DNA of 32,891 nucleotides, from NCBI GenBank assembly GCA_023416415.1, contig JAEZHR010000356.1:1-32891 (forward strand), read 5' to 3'. Positions 26,877 to 32,891 of this stretch are shown here, in pieces. Within the stretch, counting starts at the first letter, position 1, and each line of letters starts with the position of its first letter. The position numbers and the translations under genes were made by a program. The notes below the pieces were generated by a model that did no database searches, was not told where the DNA came from, and worked only from the letters and a program-made list of their open reading frames with translations. Source of the stretch: Pseudomonadota bacterium. Its GTDB lineage: Bacteria; Pseudomonadota; Gammaproteobacteria; Burkholderiales; Burkholderiaceae_D.

Positions 26877-27874
26877 GTCTTGGTTCCTTCCCGGCGCGAC
26901 ATGCCAATCAGCATGAACTTCGCTGCCGACAGGACGATAAAGGTAATCACGAACAGGATCAGGCCGAGCGCGAACAATGCGGACAGGTGCAGCTCGGTCG
27001 CGGCTTCGGCGAATTCGTTGGCAAGCGTCGATGCGATGCTGTTGCCTGGTGCGAATAGCGACCAGGACAGGTGGTGCGCGTTGCCGATCACGAAGGTCAC
27101 GGCCATGGTTTCGCCGAGCGCACGACCCAGACCAAGCATCACGCCGCCGACCACCCCGGTACGCGTATAGGGAAGCACAATCTTGCGTACCACTTCCCAC
27201 TTCGTGCAGCCCAAGCCGTAGGCGGACTCCTTCAGCACTGCAGGCACGATCTCGAAAACGTCGCGCATGACCGAAGCGATGAAGGGAATGATCATCACCG
27301 CCAGGATCAGACCGGCGGTCAGGATGCCGATTCCCATCATGGGGCCGGAGAACAGATGTCCGATCAGCGGCAGCTGGCCAAGCGTGCCTTCCAGCGCGGG
27401 CTGAATGTAGTCGGCAAACAGCGGGGCGAAGATGAACAGGCCCCACATGCCATAGATGATCGAGGGAACGCCAGCCAGCAACTCGACCGCCGTGCCGAGC
27501 GGCCGCTTGAGGCTGCTCGGGCAGATCTCGGTCAGGAAGACCGCGATACCGAAGCTGATCGGAAAGGCAACCAGAAGCGCAATGATCGAAGTGGCAAGCG
27601 TGCCGACGATGGCGATCAATGCACCGTACTGGTCATTGACCGGGTCCCATTCGACGGTAGTCACGAAGGCCGGCCCGAATTCCTTGAAGGCCGGCCAGGC
27701 GCCGATCATCAGGGAGGCGATAATACCGAGCAAAACGAACAAGACACTCAACGCGAAGATGAGCGTGATCTTGTGAAACAGGAAATCCTGGACGCGTTGC
27801 TTGCGTACCGTGAACAGAAGTGCACGATGAGCGGCCGACTGGTCCGGGCTGTCAGCGGAAGAGGCTTGAGTCAC
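26873..27874 (-). CDS. pstC: Phosphate ABC transporter permease PstC
   Basis: [40 protein letters not shown] and [11 protein letters not shown] start. Confidence 0.95.
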   Translation of the reverse strand: MTQASSADSPDQSAAHRALLFTVRKQRVQDFLFHKITLIFALSVLFVLLGIIASLMIGAWPAFKEFGPAFVTTVEWDPVNDQYGALIAIVGTLATSIIALLVAFPISFGIAVFLTEICPSSLKRPLGTAVELLAGVPSIIYGMWGLFIFAPLFADYIQPALEGTLGQLPLIGHLFSGPMMGIGILTAGLILAVMIIPFIASVMRDVFEIVPAVLKESAYGLGCTKWEVVRKIVLPYTRTGVVGGVMLGLGRALGETMAVTFVIGNAHHLSWSLFAPGNSIASTLANEFAEAATELHLSALFALGLILFVITFIVLSAAKFMLIGMSRREGTKT

Positions 27875-27993
27875 GTTCGATGGGACGGTCAGGGGAATCT
27901 GCCGGTCAGGAAATTGGATTGCGCCCGAATATTATCCGAAGATGACTTTCCGGGCGAAAATCCTTGCTGCGAATCGACAGAAGTTCCTTGTTC

Positions 27994-29040
27994 TTATTTC
28001 CAGAGCGGCTGGCCGTCCGCGCCCTTCAATTGCGACTTCCAGGCCGAATGGACCAGCTTCACAACTTCATCCGGCAAGGCCACATAGTCGAGCTCGGAGG
28101 CCATCTTGTCGCCGTTCTTGAACGACCAGTCGAAGAACTTCAGCACTTCGGCACCCTTGGCTGCATTGGCCTGCTCCTTGTGCATCAGGATGAACGAGGC
28201 GGCAGTGATCGGCCAGCTGCTCTTGCCCGGTGCATCGGTAAGAATCACACCGAAGCCTGGGGTGTTGGTCCAGTCGGCACTTGCCGCGGCAGCCTGGAAG
28301 CTGGCCTCGTCCGGCTGCACGAACTGCCCTTCGCGATTGCGCATCTGGGCGTGGGCGATGTTGTTGCGCTTGGCGTAGGCGTATTCGACATAGCCGATCG
28401 CGTTGCGGATGCGCTGCACGTTCGCGGCGACGCCTTCGTTGCCCTTGCCGCCGATACCGGTGACCCACTTAACAGCCGTGCCGGAACCGATCTTCTGCTT
28501 GAATTCAGGGCTGACCTTGGCCAGATAGTCAGTGAACTGATAGGTCGTGCCGGAACCATCGGAACGATAGACCGGGTTGATCGACGAGGACGGCAACTTC
28601 AGGTCCGGGTTGAGCTGTGCAATCTCGGGGGCATTCCACTTCGTGATCTTGCCGGTGTAGATGCCGCTCAGGACTTCGCCGGACAGGCGCAGCTGGCCCG
28701 GTGCCACGCCAGCCAGATTCACAATCGGCACGACGCCGCCCATGATGGCCGGGAGCTGCATCAGGCCGGACGCTTTCAGATCATCCGCCTTGAGCGGCAT
28801 GTCGGAGGCACCGAAGTCGACCGTTCCGGCCTTGATCTGCTTGATGCCGCCACCCGAACCGATCGACTGGTAGTTCAGGCTCACATTGGTGGCACGCTTG
28901 TAGGCTTCGGCCCACTTGGCATAGAGCGGGTATGGGAAAGTCGCCCCGGCTCCCGTGATCTGCTGCGCGCCCACTGAGGCCGCAAATGTCATGGCCGCTG
29001 CACCCAGCGCAGCCGATTTCAGGAATTTATTCAGTCGCAT
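27994..29040 (-). CDS. pstS: Phosphate-binding periplasmic protein
   Basis: ITGAGATFPYP, YQSIGSGGG, RSDGSGTT and GGKGNEGV; AAGGAG RBS. Confidence 0.97.
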   Translation of the reverse strand: MRLNKFLKSAALGAAAMTFAASVGAQQITGAGATFPYPLYAKWAEAYKRATNVSLNYQSIGSGGGIKQIKAGTVDFGASDMPLKADDLKASGLMQLPAIMGGVVPIVNLAGVAPGQLRLSGEVLSGIYTGKITKWNAPEIAQLNPDLKLPSSSINPVYRSDGSGTTYQFTDYLAKVSPEFKQKIGSGTAVKWVTGIGGKGNEGVAANVQRIRNAIGYVEYAYAKRNNIAHAQMRNREGQFVQPDEASFQAAAASADWTNTPGFGVILTDAPGKSSWPITAASFILMHKEQANAAKGAEVLKFFDWSFKNGDKMASELDYVALPDEVVKLVHSAWKSQLKGADGQPLWK

Positions 29041-29080
29041 GTCTGCTCCTTCGGTTGTCTACCAAGAAATGACAGGGCGA

Positions 29081-29114
29081 ACTCTATCCGAGAAATATGA
29101 CAGCTTCGTGACAC
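29081..29114 (-). promoter_or_regulatory. Pho box promoter of pstS
   Basis: Minus strand GTGTCAC-GAAG-CTGTCAT (29114-29097), then a 10-bp spacer and the -10 TAGAGT (29086-29081): canonical PhoB promoter geometry. Confidence 0.88.
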
Positions 29115-29172
29115 AGACTGCCGGCACTGAATTAAAGTGCCGGGCGAAACGAAGCATGCCTCCCGGGAACGC

Positions 29173-29823
29173 TTACTTGGTCCCGAACAGGCGGTCGCCG
29201 GCGTCTCCCAGGCCCGGCAGGATATAGGCATTGGAGTCCAGCCCCTCGTCCAGCGAGGCCACATAGAGCTTTACGTCCGGATGCCCATCCTGGAACACTT
29301 GCACGCCTTGCGGCGCAGCCACCAGGGCCAGGAACAGGATGCGCTCGGCAGGCACACCCCGCCTTTTCAGCACATCGATTGCATGCACGGCAGAGTTGCC
29401 AGTTGCGACCATCGGGTCGCACAGGATGAAGGTGCGCTCGTGCAGATCAGGCAGACGCACCAGGTACTCGACCGGTTCGTGCGTATCGTGATCGCGATAG
29501 ACCCCGATGTGGCCCACCCGTGCAGAAGGAATCAGGTCCAGCAGGCCGTCGCTCATGCCGATACCTGCGCGCAGCACCGGCACGATGGCCAGTTTGCGCC
29601 CGGCGATTACGGGCGCGTCCATCGGCTGCATCGGCGTTTCGATGCGGCGTGTGGTCAACGGCAGGTCGCGCGTGACCTCGTAGCCCATCAGCAGCGTCAG
29701 TTCGCGCAACAACTGCCGAAACGTACGGGTCGAGGTTTCCTTGTCGCGCATGTAGGTCAGCTTGTGCTGGATTAGCGGATGATCAAGGATGTAGAGATTG
29801 GGGAAGCGGGGATCCTGTTTCAT
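29173..29823 (-). CDS. upp: Uracil phosphoribosyltransferase
   Basis: [42 protein letters not shown]. Confidence 0.97.
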   Translation of the reverse strand: MKQDPRFPNLYILDHPLIQHKLTYMRDKETSTRTFRQLLRELTLLMGYEVTRDLPLTTRRIETPMQPMDAPVIAGRKLAIVPVLRAGIGMSDGLLDLIPSARVGHIGVYRDHDTHEPVEYLVRLPDLHERTFILCDPMVATGNSAVHAIDVLKRRGVPAERILFLALVAAPQGVQVFQDGHPDVKLYVASLDEGLDSNAYILPGLGDAGDRLFGTK

Positions 29824-29862
29824 GGGGCGGGCCGGGTTTGGGATGGCAGGAGTTTACTCCGA

Positions 29863-31095
29863 TCAAAGCACCTGCGAGAGCGCATGCAGAACCAGACCGA
29901 CAAGACCACCGACGATGGTGCCATTGATGCGTATGTACTGCAGGTCAGGCCCCACCTGCAGCTCCAGCTTGCGCGTCATCGTCTCGGCGTCCCATTGGCG
30001 GATCACGCGCGCGACCAGATCCGCGATGGTTTCGCGGCGCGCCACGATGGCTTCGGTTGCGCGGATGCGTATCCATTGGTTGAGCTTGGTGCGTACCCGC
30101 TCGTCGCGCAGCAGGTCACGCCCAAGCGCGTTCAATGCCGTGTCCATCCTTGCGCCGAGTACCGAATCCTCGGCACGCGCCTCCGCCTGCAAACGCGCCT
30201 TCAGGTCATGCCAAAGATCAAGCGAAAAATCGCGCACCACCGGATGCGACAGGATCTCGTGCAGCGCCTTGTGCATCCGGGCCTCGAATTCCGGCGTTTC
30301 ACGCAATTGCACGATGAAATCTTCAACCAGGTGCTGGAAGCGCATGCGCCATTCGCTGTCTTCCTCGCGCATTTCGGCCAGCGTACTTTCCACGGCCTCG
30401 ATCAGACGCCGGAACAGACGCTCATCGATTGCCTTGGGCAACCAACGGGGACTGTTCTCGTGCACTTTCCATCGAATGTAGTCACGATTCTGCTCCAGCC
30501 CGCGTGCGGCCATTTCGATCATGCGATCGAACAGGGCCTGATGATGGCGATTGCTGACCAGCAGGGTCAGCAACTCGGCCGCCAGCGGCGCCAGTTGCAC
30601 GTTCTTCCCGATGTCGGCCAGCCGGTTCTGGATGAACATGCGCACATCCTCATCCTCGATCACTTGCGTCAGGGCAGGCAGCGCTCCCAGAATCTGGCGC
30701 GAAACGGTACGGCTGTTGCCCGGTTCGGCCAGCCAGCCGGCCGCCGCCCCGGCGAAATCGAAATGACGCAGTTCCTCGCGGATGATTTCCTGGGTCATGA
30801 AGTTGTGCTCCAGAAAATCGGAAAGCCCCTCGCCGATGCGGTCCTTGTTGCGAGGAATGATGGCGGTATGCGGAATCGGCAGCCCGAAGGGAGAACGAAA
30901 AAGTGCCGTCACGGCAAACCAGTCGGCCAGCGCGCCAACCATGGCAGCCTCCGCGAATGCCGTCACGAACGACAGTGCCGGCCAGGTCGCTTCCATGGAA
31001 CGTGAAGCGACGAACAGGAGCGCCATCGCGACCAGCAGGCCGGTGGCCAGCCTGCGCGTTCTTTCGAGATTTCGGGCCGTTGCCTGCTCGGACAT
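29863..31095 (-). CDS. DUF445 family membrane protein (YjiN-like)
   Basis: AEAAMVGALADWFAVTALFR.P.GLPIPHTAIIP and DLQYIRINGTIVGGLVG; start placed at ATG 31095. Confidence 0.92.
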   Translation of the reverse strand: MSEQATARNLERTRRLATGLLVAMALLFVASRSMEATWPALSFVTAFAEAAMVGALADWFAVTALFRSPFGLPIPHTAIIPRNKDRIGEGLSDFLEHNFMTQEIIREELRHFDFAGAAAGWLAEPGNSRTVSRQILGALPALTQVIEDEDVRMFIQNRLADIGKNVQLAPLAAELLTLLVSNRHHQALFDRMIEMAARGLEQNRDYIRWKVHENSPRWLPKAIDERLFRRLIEAVESTLAEMREEDSEWRMRFQHLVEDFIVQLRETPEFEARMHKALHEILSHPVVRDFSLDLWHDLKARLQAEARAEDSVLGARMDTALNALGRDLLRDERVRTKLNQWIRIRATEAIVARRETIADLVARVIRQWDAETMTRKLELQVGPDLQYIRINGTIVGGLVGLVLHALSQVL

Positions 31096-31201
31096 GCATG
31101 CTGTGCGCTTGGACTCTGAGTTGTTTCGAGCCGGCCATCGCGCCGTCGGTTCACACCTGACAACACCGCTCTGCCCCAGCGACCGCAGAAATTGGCCTGC
31201 C

Positions 31202-31972
31202 TCAATGACGACGCAGCATGTTCCAGCTGACGCCCAGGCGCACATCGGTTTTCAGTTCCAGCAGCGAACGCGAGAGAAAGGCGGCCTCACGCCCGGCCCG
31301 CAGGCGCTGCCCTAGGGGATCGAGCAGCACACCGGGGCCGGCCATCACGCCCTCCAGGTCGTCGCAGGCAGCAAGCAGGCGCGCCGCCGTCTTCTGCCCG
31401 ATCTTCGGAATGCCGGGCACGCCGTCGGCCGGATTGCCGACCAAGGCCAGCAGATCTGCAAGCTTTTCAGGCGGGACGCCGAAACGCTGCTCCACCCACT
31501 CTCGGTCGTGCCACTCACCCTTGAAGTGATCCCAGATGCGCGCCCCCCGGGCAATCAGGAAATGCAGCTTCCTGTCCGCGCCCGCCACGACCGCCTCCCC
31601 GCGTTGCTCCTGCATCCAGCGCAGCACGGCTGTGGCAATCACATCATCGGTTTCAACGCCTTGCACCGCGACCGGATGCAAGCCCAGCCGCTCAAGCGCG
31701 TGATGCAAGTCGGGCAGGCGTTCGGCCAGCACATGCGGCAATGGCTTGTGCTGCTGACGATAGGCCGGATGGATGGCGTGGCGCCAATTGAGACCGCCAG
31801 CGTCGAAGGCAGGCAGGACATGGGTCGGCGTCTGCGTCTCCAGCAGGCGCCGGAACGAAGCCGCGGCATTACGGACGGCGATTTCCGCCTTCTCCGGCGT
31901 ATCCGCCTCAGGACTGGCTTCGTAGACACGGCGCAGGATGTGAAGGCCGTCGATGGCAAGCAGCGTACCCAT
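31202..31972 (-). CDS. Stand-alone 5'-3' exonuclease / flap endonuclease (Xni/ExoIX-like)
   Basis: LLAIDG, PAFD, WRHAIHPAYR, ETDDVIATA and the H3TH motif GVPGIPKIGQKTAARLL. Confidence 0.88.
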   Translation of the reverse strand: MGTLLAIDGLHILRRVYEASPEADTPEKAEIAVRNAAASFRRLLETQTPTHVLPAFDAGGLNWRHAIHPAYRQQHKPLPHVLAERLPDLHHALERLGLHPVAVQGVETDDVIATAVLRWMQEQRGEAVVAGADRKLHFLIARGARIWDHFKGEWHDREWVEQRFGVPPEKLADLLALVGNPADGVPGIPKIGQKTAARLLAACDDLEGVMAGPGVLLDPLGQRLRAGREAAFLSRSLLELKTDVRLGVSWNMLRRH

Positions 31973-32099
31973 GGGCTGCATGATACGGCCAGCCGAGGCA
32001 ATGAGAAACTGACAAGCGAAAAATCGGCCTGGCCGGCGCAACGAACGGACGCAGCAGGCCAGCCGCCCGCCGCCCCCAGACGCAGGAAGCGAATGCCCG

Positions 32100-32137
32100 A
32101 AAAAAAACCCGCGACGTGGTCTGTCGCGGGTCTTTTT
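32100..32137 (-). terminator. Intrinsic terminator after tRNA-Ser (possibly bidirectional)
   Basis: A-run, ACCCGCGAC-N7-GTCGCGGGT stem, then a T-run. Confidence 0.85.
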
Positions 32138-32169
32138 CTGACAGACCTTACGGGCCTGTCACGCCATTC

Positions 32170-32259
32170 TGGCGGAAAGGGAGGGATTCGAACCCTCGAT
32201 ACGCTTGCACGTATACTGGATTTCGAGTCCAGCGCATTCGACCACTCTGCCACCTTTCC
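32170..32259 (-). tRNA. tRNA-Ser (anticodon CGA)
   Basis: GGAAAGG acceptor stem, anticodon arm CTGGA-CT-CGA-AA-TCCAG, long variable arm, GGTTCGAATCC T-loop and encoded CCA; 90 nt. Confidence 0.97.
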
Positions 32260-32302
32260 GGTATTCGGTCGATTTGCGGCGGAGGGCGCCGCAAAGCTCG
32301 AA

Positions 32303-32311
32303 ATTATAACA
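32303..32311 (-). promoter_or_regulatory. Extended -10 promoter of tRNA-Ser
   Basis: TGtTATAAT on the minus strand between the serS stop and the tRNA. Confidence 0.65.
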
Positions 32312-32340
32312 GATGTCCTCGTCCGGGGAAGAGGATTCTT

Positions 32341-32891
<551 letters not shown>

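Noticed and set aside
26877..27446. Apparent 190-aa N-terminal extension of PstA in the ORF track
   Set aside because: Alternative frame inside pstC; the real pstA start is the ATG overlapping the pstC stop at 26876.
31990..32259. tRNA-Ser as a possible island integration site
   Set aside because: No integrase, no duplicated tRNA 3' end noticed in the window, and the flanking genes are housekeeping.

Overview
GC-rich betaproteobacterial chromosomal DNA, most consistent with Oxalobacteraceae (Noviherbaspirillum/Herbaspirillum-like). This assignment is inferred from the protein families present. From left to right: (1) a minus-strand envelope cluster with a YkuD L,D-transpeptidase-family gene (running off the window), a TPR + NTF2-like exported protein and a 1137-aa membrane-anchored coiled coil with a strong 14-residue repeat; (2) an orphan REC-Hpt protein; (3) an incomplete arginine succinyltransferase cluster (astC-aruF-astA-astB, no astD/astE), headed by an internally deleted KamA-like aminomutase relic and divergent from a GcdR/GcvA-like LysR; (4) srkA and yecA; (5) a patch of small genes and non-coding elements, including an FNR-type box, a DnaA-box + IHF cluster, a Betaproteobacteria 'toxic' sRNA, a Pro/Asp micropeptide, MscS, a J-domain protein, a TbpB-barrel lipoprotein and a second candidate sRNA; (6) pstSCAB-phoU-phoBR with a clear Pho box; (7) upp, DUF445, an Xni-like flap endonuclease, tRNA-Ser(CGA) and the 3' end of serS. 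No mobile elements, integrases or CRISPR arrays were seen. The best leads are a possible cell-shape module (1-5467), the aminomutase-linked ast pathway (6800-12994) and a DARS/datA-like DnaA-IHF element (16960-17024). All family calls come from motif recognition, not database searches.
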